Assembly: GCA_950072105.1 (NCBI GenBank)
Contig: CATMOE010000017.1
Location: forward strand, 1-57,474
Direction of reading: 5' to 3'
Length of the DNA: 57,474 nucleotides
Origin: an uncultured Dehalococcoidia bacterium
GTDB lineage: Bacteria; Chloroflexota; Dehalococcoidia; Lucifugimonadales; UBA3495
The notes beneath the pieces are model-generated. The model was given only the letters and a program-made list of their open reading frames with translations. It ran no database searches and was not told the DNA's origin. Below are positions 19,605 through 29,877 of the stretch, piece by piece. Each line of letters opens with the position of its first letter. Position 1 is the stretch's first letter. The translations under genes were made by a program, and so were the position numbers.

Positions 19605-19880
19605 CTAGCCAATCTTCTCAACCAGGCGCCCACTGGCATATTTATGCAACACACTGGACATCAAAGTCTGGTATGGGATACCTTCCTCCAATGCCCGTTT
19701 CTTGAGGCCATCCAGGTCCTTGCTAGACATACGGATGTTGACTCGCATGTCTTTCTTGAAAGTGGCGCGAGCGTATTCACGATACCGCTCAATCTCCGGT
19801 CCACGCCCTGGTATCGAACGCCATTCGTCGTTCTCGTAGGACTCCTGCAACTCCTGCTCTTCCTGATCCAGATCAGGCAT
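19605..19880 (-). CDS. Antitoxin with C-terminal CopG/RHH-like DNA-binding domain (BrnA-like)
   Basis: Acidic N-terminus, RVNIRMS..GIPYQTL; overlaps the toxin stop codon. Confidence 0.85.
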   Translation of the reverse strand: MPDLDQEEQELQESYENDEWRSIPGRGPEIERYREYARATFKKDMRVNIRMSSKDLDGLKKRALEEGIPYQTLMSSVLHKYASGRLVEKIG

Positions 19881-20160
19881 CTCGTTGCCCCCGTCTCAAG
19901 TAGGAATTTGTAGCCTTCCGGCTGGGAATGACCGTTTTAAGAAATACTTCGGTGGCGGACTCAACGAAGGGGATTAGGTAGGCATAACCACCGATGTTTA
20001 CGATGAAGATTCGTTGCCCAGAATATCGCTCTTGGTTTGGATGCTCAACTATGTCAAGCAAGTTTCCCTGCTCGATATGGAATACGGCCTCTTCAAACGA
20101 TATCTGTCGTTGGGTCTTTAGAATCTCGTTCTTCTCGTTGTCCCAAGAGAAGTACTTCAC
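19873..20160 (-). CDS. BrnT-family ribonuclease toxin
   Basis: FSWDNEKNE..RQISFEE..FLKTVIPSRKAT, 95 aa, toxin-first order. Confidence 0.85.
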   Translation of the reverse strand: MKYFSWDNEKNEILKTQRQISFEEAVFHIEQGNLLDIVEHPNQERYSGQRIFIVNIGGYAYLIPFVESATEVFLKTVIPSRKATNSYLRRGQRDA

Positions 20161-20166
20161 AACCCA

Positions 20167-20201
20167 ATAATATCACATTGTGTGCTTATTTGGCACACAA
20201 T
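20167..20201 (-). promoter_or_regulatory. TA operon promoter/operator
   Basis: ATTGTGTGC-N7-GCACACAAT inverted repeat (20177-20201) next to TGa-TATTAT, 6 nt before the GTG start. Confidence 0.65.
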
Positions 20202-20212
20202 AGTACGCCCTC

Positions 20213-21196
20213 CTAAAGATTCTCGTACTCCGCGGTCCACATGGCCGGCTGGCCGTCCCAGACGCGCTGGATGTTCTCGAAGGCGTTGACCGCCCGCTTG
20301 GGTATGGACTCCAAAGTCGGGCCTGCCGTGTGGGGAGTGATTATCAGGTTCTCTATCTGAAGCAGAGGGTCGTTGGGGTCCGGGGGCTCGTGCTCCATCA
20401 CATCTAGCCCAGCGGCGGCGATGGTTTTGGATATCAACGCTTCCGCCAGAGCTGTTTCGTCGATGACCCCGCCCCGGCTAGTGTTGATGATTACGCTGGT
20501 CGGCTTCATCGTCTCCAACTCTCTTTTCCCAATCATCCCATAGGTCTCCCGGGTCAAGGGCACGTGGGTCGTCACGATGTCCGAAGTCTGCAGCAGCGTG
20601 TCCATCGAGACCGCCTGGATCCCCAGGGTTTCTTCCTCCACAGGGGTCAAGGGGTGGTATTTGTCGTAGTATTGCAGTTCCAAGTCGAAGGCTGCCGCGC
20701 GCCGGGCTACTTGCCGCCCGATGTTGCCCATGCCGATGATGCCCAGAGTCTTGCCCTCAATCTCGAACACGTCGATCTTGCGGTCCTGCTCCGGCTTCCA
20801 CCGCCCGGCCTTGACGTTGTTGGCGTAGAACATCATGCGCCGGTGGCAGGCCAGCATGAGCATCATCGTGTGCTCAGCGACGGCAACCCGATTCGCCCCA
20901 CCGTTATTGGCCACCGCGATGCCCAGATCCTCGGCCAGAGGCAGGTTCATCTGGTCGTAGCCGGCGCTGAGGAGTTGCACCAGTTTGCATTTAGTTGCTG
21001 CCTGCAACACTCGGTCGGAGATGAAGCTTGGAAACACGATGATGAAGTCGGCGTCCCGGACCAACTCAACCTTTTCGTCGTCATCCATGTCAGCCGGAGC
21101 GGTCACGACGTCCATTCCGGGCAACGCCTTATCCGCAACCACCTGGCGCAAGTCGGGGTCCAGGTTGGTGAAAAACACGATCTTCATATCGGCCAT
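20213..21196 (-). CDS. D-isomer-specific 2-hydroxyacid dehydrogenase
   Basis: VAEH, GIIGMGNIG, INTSRG, LDVMEHEP, TPHTAG. Confidence 0.93.
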   Translation of the reverse strand: MADMKIVFFTNLDPDLRQVVADKALPGMDVVTAPADMDDDEKVELVRDADFIIVFPSFISDRVLQAATKCKLVQLLSAGYDQMNLPLAEDLGIAVANNGGANRVAVAEHTMMLMLACHRRMMFYANNVKAGRWKPEQDRKIDVFEIEGKTLGIIGMGNIGRQVARRAAAFDLELQYYDKYHPLTPVEEETLGIQAVSMDTLLQTSDIVTTHVPLTRETYGMIGKRELETMKPTSVIINTSRGGVIDETALAEALISKTIAAAGLDVMEHEPPDPNDPLLQIENLIITPHTAGPTLESIPKRAVNAFENIQRVWDGQPAMWTAEYENL

Positions 21197-21284
21197 CTGA
21201 TATTTTCTCCAAATTTGATTGTCAAGGGAGACTATTTAGCCAGGAGTTTATCATAGGCATAGGACAGCGTTTTAGCCGACGGGG

Positions 21285-21434
21285 AAATCCCCTATGTCCC
21301 CCTTTACGAAAGGGGGATTTGGTCCGCATCAGCTACAACAGCGATATTTCGGTCGGCCTGACGTTCTCAGTCATCCATCCGAACGCCGTTTGCTAGCCCC
21401 ACTTTGGTAAAGGGGGGTTGGGGGGATTTGGTCC
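21285..21434. repeat. Two inverted family A palindromic repeats flanking a short spacer
   Basis: AAATCCCCTATGTCCCCCTTTACGAAAGGGGGATTT and GCCCCACTTTGGTAAAGGGGGGTTGGGGGGATTT; both followed by GGTCC. Confidence 0.8.
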
Positions 21435-21512
21435 TAGCATTCCAAACCAAATTAGTTGAAAATAGGTTGCAGAAAACGACGCCGCCGCCCGCGGCTGGAA
21501 ATAGGTGAGTTC

Positions 21513-23573
21513 ATGCCCAACCGTTTGATCAACGAGACCAGCCCCTACCTGTTGCAGCACGCCAACAATCCCGTGGATTGGTATCCCTGGGGTGAGGAGG
21601 CTTTGGAGCGCGCGCGCAGCGAGGACAAGCCTATTCTACTGAGCATCGGTTATTCCGCCTGCCATTGGTGCCACGTCATGGAGCGGGAGTCCTTCGAAAA
21701 CGAGACCATCGCCGGTCTGATGAACGACAACTTCGTCAGCATCAAGGTGGACCGGGAAGAGCGCCCCGACCTGGACCAGGTATACATGCAGGCGGTGCAG
21801 ATGCTCACCGGCAGCGGTGGGTGGCCGATGACGGTTTTCCTCACCCCGGAAGGCAAGCCATTCTATGGCGGCACCTACTTCCCTCCAGAAGACCGCCAAG
21901 GCATGCCCGGCTTCCCCCGCTTACTGACATCCATCGCCGAGGCCTACAGCACCAACCGTGGCGAGATTGACCGGGTTACAAAGCAATTAACCACTCAGAT
22001 GAGTCAGTCCAATCAAGTTTCCCAGGGTACCAGCATCCTGACGGTAGATATCCTGCACAAGGCTTACTCCAGCCTGGCCACCAACTTCGATTACCAAAAC
22101 GGCGGGTTCGGCAACGCTCCCAAATTTCCCCAGCCAATGACCCCCGAGTTCCTGTTGCGTTACTACCATCACGGCTACAACCCCCGGGCATTGGAGTTGG
22201 TGGAGTTAACGCTGGAAAAGATGGCCTATGGCGGTATTTACGACCAGATCGGCGGCGGCTTCCATCGTTATTCCACCGACGCCTATTGGCTGGTGCCCCA
22301 CTTCGAGAAGATGCTCTACGACAACGCCCTGTTGGCCCGGCTTTACCTCCACACCTACCTGATAACCGGACGCGCCTTGTATCGCCGCGTCGTAGAGGAG
22401 ACCCTGGACTACGTTTTAAGGGAGATGACCGACTCCTCTGGAGGTTTCTACTCGGCCCAAGACGCAGACAGCGAGGGCGTGGAAGGGAAATTCTTCGTGT
22501 GGTCGCCGGACGAGATTAACTCCGTCATGGGTGACGCCGATGGCGAAGTTTTCGCAGGCTATTACGGGGTGACCGGCGCCGGCAACTTCGAAGGCAAGAA
22601 CATCCTAAACATCCGTCAAGACCCGGAGGAATTCGCCGAGACCAAAGGTCTAACGGCGGACCAGCTTGGGGACATCATCAACCGGGGCAGCAAAGCGCTT
22701 TTGGAGGTGCGGGAACAGCGCATCCATCCGATGCGGGACGACAAGGTACTGGCCTCCTGGAACGGCCTCATGTTGCGTAGCTTCGCCGAAGCGGCAGCGG
22801 CTCTGGGACGGCCGGATTATCTAGCCGTCGCGATAAAAAACGCCGAATTCCTAGCCAGATCCATGAAATCCGACGGCCGCCTGTTGCGCACCTACCGCGA
22901 CGGTCAGGCCAAGCTGCTGGGATACCTGGAAGACTACTCCTTCGTCATCGACGGTTTGTTGGCCCTTTACGAAGCGACCTTCGACCTGCGCTGGCTCGAC
23001 GAAGCGGTTACTCTAGCCGATTCGATGATCGAGCTTTTCTGGGACGAGGGCATCGGCGGCTTCTATGACACCGGGTCCGACCACGAAACTCTGGTGGTTC
23101 GGCCCAGGGACGTTTTCGACAACGCTCAGCCCTGCGGCGGTTCGGTGGCCAGCGACGTTTTGCTCAGGCTGGCGGTATTCACCGGGAACAACGACTACTC
23201 CGCCAAAGCCACCGTCCCTCTGCGAAGCCTGCACCAGGCCATGTCCCAATCGCCCGGCGGCACCGGCCATTGGCTGAGCGCATTGGACTTCTACGTTTCC
23301 CCGCCCAAGGAGATCGCCGTTATAGGACCCCGAGACGACCCGACCACCCAAGCTCTGTTGGACACCGTGTTCCACCGATTCCTACCCAACAAAGTAGTCA
23401 TGGGCGTCGAAACCCCCTTGATTCCCGCCGATGACAACTCGGAGGCAGATATCCCCCTCCTCGCCGGCCGCGGCATGGTTGGGGGTCTACCTTCGGCCTA
23501 TGTTTGCCAGAATTACGCTTGCCAATTGCCGGTGACCGACCCGGCCGGTCTGGCGGAGCAGCTATCCGAGTAA
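21513..23573 (+). CDS. Thioredoxin-domain protein, YyaL/DUF255 (SPATA20-like) family
   Basis: [41 protein letters not shown]; start placed at ATG 21513. Confidence 0.93.
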   Translation: MPNRLINETSPYLLQHANNPVDWYPWGEEALERARSEDKPILLSIGYSACHWCHVMERESFENETIAGLMNDNFVSIKVDREERPDLDQVYMQAVQMLTGSGGWPMTVFLTPEGKPFYGGTYFPPEDRQGMPGFPRLLTSIAEAYSTNRGEIDRVTKQLTTQMSQSNQVSQGTSILTVDILHKAYSSLATNFDYQNGGFGNAPKFPQPMTPEFLLRYYHHGYNPRALELVELTLEKMAYGGIYDQIGGGFHRYSTDAYWLVPHFEKMLYDNALLARLYLHTYLITGRALYRRVVEETLDYVLREMTDSSGGFYSAQDADSEGVEGKFFVWSPDEINSVMGDADGEVFAGYYGVTGAGNFEGKNILNIRQDPEEFAETKGLTADQLGDIINRGSKALLEVREQRIHPMRDDKVLASWNGLMLRSFAEAAAALGRPDYLAVAIKNAEFLARSMKSDGRLLRTYRDGQAKLLGYLEDYSFVIDGLLALYEATFDLRWLDEAVTLADSMIELFWDEGIGGFYDTGSDHETLVVRPRDVFDNAQPCGGSVASDVLLRLAVFTGNNDYSAKATVPLRSLHQAMSQSPGGTGHWLSALDFYVSPPKEIAVIGPRDDPTTQALLDTVFHRFLPNKVVMGVETPLIPADDNSEADIPLLAGRGMVGGLPSAYVCQNYACQLPVTDPAGLAEQLSE

Positions 23574-23979
23574 GGGGCCGTCGATACGCCTGAACCGTTG
23601 ACCAGCAGATTGCACTGGGAGAAGATGTTCTACGCCGCAAAAAACCTGTTTGGCACCGTTCGGCTCCTCCTTTTCTGTGGTATTGTTGGCCCTGGTGTTG
23701 CTGTTGGCGGAGACGATTGTTGACCCTCTTGGTATAGCGATGGTGGTCCCGAACGCCGGGGGCCTCGCCTTTTTCGGTTCCCGGTTATTCGCCGGCAGCA
23801 GGTTGCCCAGTACTATGATTGTGATGGAGGCCGGATCGGCAATACCCGGCCCGGTCCCGAACGATTCGGGAAGCAGCCATTCCCCCACCTGGGCGGGGAT
23901 TCAAGCCGGTTAAGAACATCTCCCAAATCTCAGATCGGGCAGCAAGACGCCCTTTGCCGGTTCAACCTAAATTTCGCCT

Positions 23980-25260
23980 ATGATTCCTAATCTTTCGCCA
24001 CCTGACTGGATAAGCCGGGACGCTATCCTGATGATCAGCGCCCGGGGAATACGGACTTTTGCCCAGGGCTACATGGCTGTTCTCTTGGCGTTTTACTTTC
24101 TTGAGTTGGGGTACAACGTTGTAGAGTTGGGCTTATTTATCAGTGTCGGCATCGCAGGCGTGGCATTCTTCGCGTTTTTTGTAGGACTGATCTCTGGAAG
24201 GGTGGGGCGGCGCAGGCTTCTCGTGTTTTTCTCTCTGGTATCCGGCGCGGCTGGGCTAGCCCTGATCCTCAGCGAGGAATACCTGGCCCTGTTGATCGTC
24301 TCATTTGTTGGGAGTTTGGCGGCGGGCGGCGGCGGAGGAGGAGAGAGCCCCGCTCAACCTTTGGAGATAGCCAGCCTACCCGATACTACGTCGAATGAAA
24401 GGCGTACTGACGTCTTCTCCATATATACGATCGTGGCTCGGTCCGGCACTGCCCTTGGAGCCCTGGCCGCTTTGCTCCCCACCGTTTTCCAAGAACAACT
24501 CGGGTTTAGCCCCGGTTCCTCTTACCAGGTGATGTTCGTAGTGTTCGCCGCTCTTCAACTCAGCGGCGCGCTGCTGTACAGTCTCCTATCTTCCGCAGTG
24601 GAAGGCCCCCCTGCTCAGCGGCAATGGAGCAACCCTCTCAAGCTCCCCTCTCGGCGGCGGATATTTACCCTTACCGGGCTATTCACGGTGGACACTTTTA
24701 GCACATCGATGGTGCACCAAAGCTTGATCGCCGCCTGGTTCATCGCCAAATTCGATCTAAAACCGTGGGAACTGGGCCCCGTATTTTTCCTGTCCCATGT
24801 TCTGACCGCAATCTCCATCGGAGTGGCCGCCAAGTTAGCCAACAGGATAGGGTTGTTGAACACCATGGTTTTCACGCATATTCCGTCGAGCATATTTTTC
24901 GTCTTCGCGGTGTTCTCACCTACCGCTTGGCTGGCGATACTATTCTGGCAAGTCAGGGCTTTTTTAAGCCAGATGGACGTGGCCACGAAAGATTCGTATA
25001 CCATGGCCGTGGTCGGGCCTGAGGAAAGAGTCGCCATGGCCAGCATCCATATGGTGAGCCGCAGCGGCGCCGGGGCCTGCGGACCTTGGGTGTCATCGAC
25101 CCTGTGGAACGCCCTGTCCGCCACCGTCCCATTCGTCGGTTCAGCGATTCTAAAGATCAGCTACGACCTTTCACTGTACGCCATATTCCGCAACGTAAAA
25201 CCCCCGGAAGAAGTCCGCAGGGAACAGCTCCGATCTGAGGCTAAAAGGACGGCATCCTAG
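23980..25260 (+). CDS. MFS transporter
   Basis: About 12 hydrophobic segments; motif A GLISGRVGRRR. Confidence 0.88.
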   Translation: MIPNLSPPDWISRDAILMISARGIRTFAQGYMAVLLAFYFLELGYNVVELGLFISVGIAGVAFFAFFVGLISGRVGRRRLLVFFSLVSGAAGLALILSEEYLALLIVSFVGSLAAGGGGGGESPAQPLEIASLPDTTSNERRTDVFSIYTIVARSGTALGALAALLPTVFQEQLGFSPGSSYQVMFVVFAALQLSGALLYSLLSSAVEGPPAQRQWSNPLKLPSRRRIFTLTGLFTVDTFSTSMVHQSLIAAWFIAKFDLKPWELGPVFFLSHVLTAISIGVAAKLANRIGLLNTMVFTHIPSSIFFVFAVFSPTAWLAILFWQVRAFLSQMDVATKDSYTMAVVGPEERVAMASIHMVSRSGAGACGPWVSSTLWNALSATVPFVGSAILKISYDLSLYAIFRNVKPPEEVRREQLRSEAKRTAS

Positions 25261-25407
25261 AAAGCCTTTAGGTTGGTCCAGGTCTTTGCCTCGGCGTCAC
25301 TTACCGCAGGGGATTTAGGCGTGGAGACTACCCTCCGGCGAGTCGCGGATGTATAATAAATTCGCTTCCCGGGGACTAGCAGCGAATGAGTCGCCGCCCT
25401 GGCGAAA

Positions 25408-25507
25408 AGCGATCAGCAGTCAGCCCTCAGCTGTCAGCTTTTGGCCCTCTAGGTAGGTTTCGGTTCTCGGCTTCAGGAACCCCTGACTGCTGACCGCTGA
25501 AAGCTGG
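25408..25507. repeat. Heptamer repeat arrays in inverted orientation (family B)
   Basis: AGCGATCAGCAGTCAGCCCTCAGCTGTCAGCT ... CTGACTGCTGACCGCTGAAAGCTG in the mdh leader. Confidence 0.75.
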
Positions 25508-25542
25508 AGGTTGTCAGACTAATTTGGAGGATTTAATCACCG

Positions 25543-26490
25543 ATGCGAAGTAAAGTGACCGTGGTCGGCGCCGGCAATGTTGGCGCCACCACCGCCCTGA
25601 GGATTCAACAGCTTGGCTACACCGACGTTGTTCTGGTCGACGTGGTCGAAGACCTGCCTCAGGGGAAAGCACTGGACATGCTGGAAGCCGGGCCGGTTAT
25701 CGGAACCGACGCCAGAGTAACCGGTAGCAACAGTTACGACGAGAGCGCGGACTCCGACGTGGTGGTCATTACCGCCGGCATCGCTCGCAGGCCGGGCATG
25801 AGCCGGGACGACCTACTTCTGACCAACATGAGAATCACCTCGTCAGTCACGGAACAGGTGGTCAAGTATTCGCCTGAATGCATCATCATCGCGGTAACCA
25901 ACCCACTGGACGCCATGGTGCAGAACGTCTACGAGACCAGCGGATTCCCCAGAAACCGAGTGTTCGGAATGGCGGGAATCCTGGACACAGCCAGGTTCCG
26001 CACCTTCATCGCCGAAGAACTGAACGTTTCCGTGGAAGATGTCCAAGCCTTGGTCTTGGGCGGACACGGCGACGACATGGTCCCCTTGGTCCGTTACACC
26101 TGGGTGGGGGGTATCCCCATCGCGGAACTCATGGCCGAGGAAAAGATCGACCAATTAGTAGCCAGAACCCGCGCTGGCGGCGGCGAGATTGTCGCACTCC
26201 TTAAGGAAGGCAGCGCTTATTACGCCCCCTCCGCCGCCATAACCCAGATGGTGGAGGCCGTGCTCCTGGACAAGAAACGCGTCCTACCCGCCTGCGCCTA
26301 CCTAGAGGGCGAATACGGCATCAACGGACTGTGCGTGGGCGTGCCGGTGAAGCTTGGCGCCGGGGGAGTGGAGCAGATCATGCAGATCGGCCTTACCGAA
26401 GAAGAACGGACCGCATTGAGACACTCGGCAGCCAGCGTCCAAGAACTAGTCGACGTGATGCGGAAAGCCAAGGATGAAGCTGCCGGATAG
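25543..26490 (+). CDS. mdh: Malate dehydrogenase (LDH-like)
   Basis: [30 protein letters not shown]. Confidence 0.96.
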   Translation: MRSKVTVVGAGNVGATTALRIQQLGYTDVVLVDVVEDLPQGKALDMLEAGPVIGTDARVTGSNSYDESADSDVVVITAGIARRPGMSRDDLLLTNMRITSSVTEQVVKYSPECIIIAVTNPLDAMVQNVYETSGFPRNRVFGMAGILDTARFRTFIAEELNVSVEDVQALVLGGHGDDMVPLVRYTWVGGIPIAELMAEEKIDQLVARTRAGGGEIVALLKEGSAYYAPSAAITQMVEAVLLDKKRVLPACAYLEGEYGINGLCVGVPVKLGAGGVEQIMQIGLTEEERTALRHSAASVQELVDVMRKAKDEAAG

Positions 26491-26568
26491 CCAGTCCCCA
26501 CCCAAGGGCTGGGTTCACCGGAGGTCACTCGCCGAACCGTAACCCACGATAAAGAAAGGAGGCCTCTT

Positions 26569-27861
26569 GTGCCGGAACGTTCGCCATTGGAACAGGAACT
26601 GCTGCATAAGGCGGCGAAATATTTGCCGGGCGGCTATACCGGCAACTTGACGGTGCGAGACGACCTCAACTTTCTGGCCCAAAGAGGCAAAGGCTCCCAC
26701 ATATTCGACGTCAGCGGCAACGAGTACGTCGACTGGTTGATGGGGTCGGGTCCTATGTTGTTGGGGCATGCCCATCCAGCGGTGGTGGAGGCAGTGATCA
26801 AGGCGGTGGAGCAGGGCAGCACCTTCTTCGCCACCAACGAGAAAGCGGTTTTGCTGGCCGAGACTTTGGTTGAGGCCGTAGCCTGTGCCGAACAAGTCAG
26901 GTTCACCACTAGTGGAACCGACGCCACGTTTCAAGCGATGCGGGCGGCTCGCTCTTATACTAAAAAAGAGAAAATCTTGAAGTTTGAGGGCGGCTTCCAC
27001 GGCACCAGCGACTATGCCTTGATGAGCTTCACCCCGTCGGCGGCCGAAGAGTTCCCCCAGGCCGAAGCCAACACCGGCGGGATTCCCAAGGCGATACAAG
27101 ACCTGATGCTGATCGCCCCGTTCAACGACTTGGATACTACCACGGCCATCATCGACGCTCATCACGAAGAGCTGGCCGCGGTCATCGTCGAGCCTTTACA
27201 ACGCGTGATTACCCCCCAACCGGGCTTCCTCCAGGGCTTGCGCAAAATCGCCACCAAATACGAGATCCCGTTGATCTTCGACGAGGTTGTCACCGGGTTC
27301 AGGTTGGCCTATGGCGGGGCTCAAGAATATTACGGGGTCGTACCGGACCTCTGTTGCATGGGCAAAATCATGGGCGGCGGCTATCCGTTAGCTGTAGTGC
27401 TGGGCCGCCGGGACATCCTCTCGGTTTACAACCCGGCCGAGTCCGATGCCGATAGCTTCGTCAACCAGATCGGCACGCTGAACGGCAATCCGATCGCCTG
27501 CGCCGCTGGGCTGGCTACCCTGGCAGAACTGCGCAAGCCTGGTATATACGAGGGACTTCATGAAACCGGCAGCCGGTTGCGGCAGGCGTTAGTCGACTCG
27601 TGCGCCGAGAATGACATCCCCGTCCGTATGTGCGGCGAAGACGCAATCTTCGACGTCTATTTCACCGACCGCCCGGTGCTAAACTACCGGGACACATTGA
27701 CCGCCGACGGGCAGATGATGGGGCGTTTCAATGCCGGACTGCTGGAACGGGGAATCTTGAAAGGCACCCAGAAATTTTACCCATCAACCGTCCACACCCA
27801 AGAGGACGTGGACAAGACCATCCAAGCGTTCCAGGAAGTCGTTCCTACTCTGAGGGGTTAG
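26569..27861 (+). CDS. Class III aminotransferase (glutamate-1-semialdehyde aminomutase-like)
   Basis: SGT, FEGGFHG, FDEVVTGFR, GKIMGGG, GTLNGNP; substrate not assignable. Confidence 0.88.
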   Translation: MPERSPLEQELLHKAAKYLPGGYTGNLTVRDDLNFLAQRGKGSHIFDVSGNEYVDWLMGSGPMLLGHAHPAVVEAVIKAVEQGSTFFATNEKAVLLAETLVEAVACAEQVRFTTSGTDATFQAMRAARSYTKKEKILKFEGGFHGTSDYALMSFTPSAAEEFPQAEANTGGIPKAIQDLMLIAPFNDLDTTTAIIDAHHEELAAVIVEPLQRVITPQPGFLQGLRKIATKYEIPLIFDEVVTGFRLAYGGAQEYYGVVPDLCCMGKIMGGGYPLAVVLGRRDILSVYNPAESDADSFVNQIGTLNGNPIACAAGLATLAELRKPGIYEGLHETGSRLRQALVDSCAENDIPVRMCGEDAIFDVYFTDRPVLNYRDTLTADGQMMGRFNAGLLERGILKGTQKFYPSTVHTQEDVDKTIQAFQEVVPTLRG

Positions 27862-27906
27862 GCCGGCGGAATAAAATCTTACGAAGTTTTTAGGCTGGGA
27901 TACATA

Positions 27907-27950
27907 TGAAACGAAAAAGCTGGCGTGTCGACGCCAGCTTTTTCGTTTCA
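27907..27950. terminator. Bidirectional terminator (perfect 20-bp stem including A/T tracts)
   Basis: TGAAACGAAAAAGCTGGCGT-gtcg-ACGCCAGCTTTTTCGTTTCA between convergent genes. Confidence 0.88.
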
Positions 27951-27975
27951 CGTCACAATTTCCGGCCCAGTCTTT

Positions 27976-28863
27976 CTACCCTGCCGCGACTCCCAACTTG
28001 GTGATGAGCGCTTTAGTGCTTACTATGTGACGCTGCAGCCCCAGGTCTTTGGGCGAGATCCCCATAGCCAAGCCGATGGCCTGGGGCATGTGGATGATGG
28101 GAAGGTCGATGGACCGCTGGGCTTGAGCTGAGGCTTTCGGCTGGAAAGCGTCCAGGTTCAAGTGGCACAGCGGGCAAGGAGTCACCATGGCGTCGGCGCC
28201 CAGGTCCTTTGCTTCCGCAGTGTGTTTGCCCACCATGGCCATGGAGTTTTTCTCGTTAATCGTTAGGATGGGAAAACCGCAACACCTGGTCTTACCGGCA
28301 AAATCCACCACCGTGGCCCCCAGAGTCTCGATGAGCCGCTCCAGAGAGCTTTGGCGATCCGGGTTATCCTGGAAATCCAGTGCATCGGTAGGGCGGAGGA
28401 TATAGCAGCCGTAAAAGGGCGCCAACCGGATGCCGGCCAACGGTTTGGTGATCAGACTCTCCAACTTATCCAGACCATAGTCCTCGATCAGTATCCACAG
28501 CAGATGCTTGGGCTCGGCGTTGCCTTTATACTCCAGGCCTTCTTCGGCCAATTCAACGTTGACCTTGGCCAGGTACTCGGGGTTGGACTTCATCCGGTGG
28601 TTGGCCTGGCTCATGACTCCCTGACAGGTACTGCAAATGGTCATGATCGGCAGACCTAAGTCCTCGGCCATCGCAAAGGTCCTGGCGTTAAGAGTGTCTC
28701 CCAGAAACTCGTTCTTTTCCTGGAGAACTCCCGCCCCCGTGCAGGACGCGCCGGGCATCTCTTGCAATTCAATATCCAGCCGTTGGCAAATCAGTTTGGC
28801 TGCCGGATACAACTCCGGGCACCCTCCGCGGGACACGCAGCCGGGGAAAAAAGCGTACTTCAA
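27976..28863 (-). CDS. HdrB-like CCG-domain subunit (anchor of type E succinate dehydrogenase)
   Basis: FFPGC, SCTGAG, CSTC, FYGC, RCCG, CPLC; third gene of the sdh operon. Confidence 0.9.
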   Translation of the reverse strand: MKYAFFPGCVSRGGCPELYPAAKLICQRLDIELQEMPGASCTGAGVLQEKNEFLGDTLNARTFAMAEDLGLPIMTICSTCQGVMSQANHRMKSNPEYLAKVNVELAEEGLEYKGNAEPKHLLWILIEDYGLDKLESLITKPLAGIRLAPFYGCYILRPTDALDFQDNPDRQSSLERLIETLGATVVDFAGKTRCCGFPILTINEKNSMAMVGKHTAEAKDLGADAMVTPCPLCHLNLDAFQPKASAQAQRSIDLPIIHMPQAIGLAMGISPKDLGLQRHIVSTKALITKLGVAAG

Positions 28864-28902
28864 CCTGGTCCTCCGGGATAAGCAGAATAGGGCATGAAAC
28901 GG

Positions 28903-29874
28903 TTAACTTCGGTCTGGGTCTTCGACTCTGCGGAAGAGTTTCCGAACCCGGTCGGCGTTCTCTATCTTCTTGTGGATGATGGGAGGCAGCTTGCCGTGGG
29001 TCAACGCCCGCAGCGCCTCTGGGGCCATGTTCAGTAATACCGGCAGGTTGAACACGCCCACCGTGTTGGGAACAAGCCGTAGCTCGTCAAGTTGGCCGCT
29101 GTGCTCCAGCGAGTTGCTGAAGGCTTCGGCGTGGCGGGCCCCATAAGTATTGTCGAACCCGGCGTTGATGGCCTGTTCGCGTAGGGCCATGATCCGGTCC
29201 ATAGGGGCCACTCCCTTGGGGCAGACCTCAACGCACTCGGCGCAACGAGTGCAGTCCCACATTCCGGTAGGCTCGTTCAGAGCTTCCAACCGGTCTCGGG
29301 ACACGCCTTGGGCATCGCCGTCCCTGGGGTCGGCCGTAAACCGATAAGCTTTGGCCAGGGCCGCCGGACCCAGGAACGTTGGGTCCACCTCCATCACGGT
29401 GCAATCGGAGACACATGCGCCACACATGATGCAAGCGGTAACCCCGGATAGGTGGAGCATCGCTTCATTAGAGGCGATGTACTCGGCATCGGGCTCGGTA
29501 CCTTCGGGTCGCAGATAGGGATCCACTTCCATGATTTTGGACCAGAACATATCGAAGTCCACAACCAGGTCTTTCACAACAGGCATCACTCCGGCCGGCT
29601 CGATGATGATTACGTTATCGTCATCGAGCGCCAGGCGGACTTGCATCTTGCAGGCCAATCCGGCGTGGCCGTTGATCCGCATCGCGCAGGAGCCGCATAT
29701 GGCGCTACGGCAAGAACAACGCAGGCTCAAGGTGCCGTCCATATCTTCCCGGATCTTTATCAAGCCGTCCAGCACGGTGGCGCTGTCATCCAGTGTGAGC
29801 GAGAAATCCTGCCAATAGGACTCGGGGGCCTCTACTTCCGGGTCGTACCTCTTAATCTTGAATGTGACATCCAT
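28903..29874 (-). CDS. sdhB: Succinate dehydrogenase/fumarate reductase iron-sulfur subunit
   Basis: SCRSAICGSC [2Fe-2S]; CIMCGACVSDC and CTRCAECVEVCP; extended C-terminus. Confidence 0.93.
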   Translation of the reverse strand: MDVTFKIKRYDPEVEAPESYWQDFSLTLDDSATVLDGLIKIREDMDGTLSLRCSCRSAICGSCAMRINGHAGLACKMQVRLALDDDNVIIIEPAGVMPVVKDLVVDFDMFWSKIMEVDPYLRPEGTEPDAEYIASNEAMLHLSGVTACIMCGACVSDCTVMEVDPTFLGPAALAKAYRFTADPRDGDAQGVSRDRLEALNEPTGMWDCTRCAECVEVCPKGVAPMDRIMALREQAINAGFDNTYGARHAEAFSNSLEHSGQLDELRLVPNTVGVFNLPVLLNMAPEALRALTHGKLPPIIHKKIENADRVRKLFRRVEDPDRS

Positions 29875-29877
29875 GGA

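Noticed and set aside
23562..23913. Opposing 87-aa and 108-aa ORFs between yyaL and the MFS gene
   Set aside because: No recognisable family or RBS; may be a degraded membrane-protein gene but cannot be supported
26569..27861. Calling the aminotransferase hemL
   Set aside because: It lacks the usual PGGVNSPVRA N-terminal motif and has no heme-pathway context; likely a paralog
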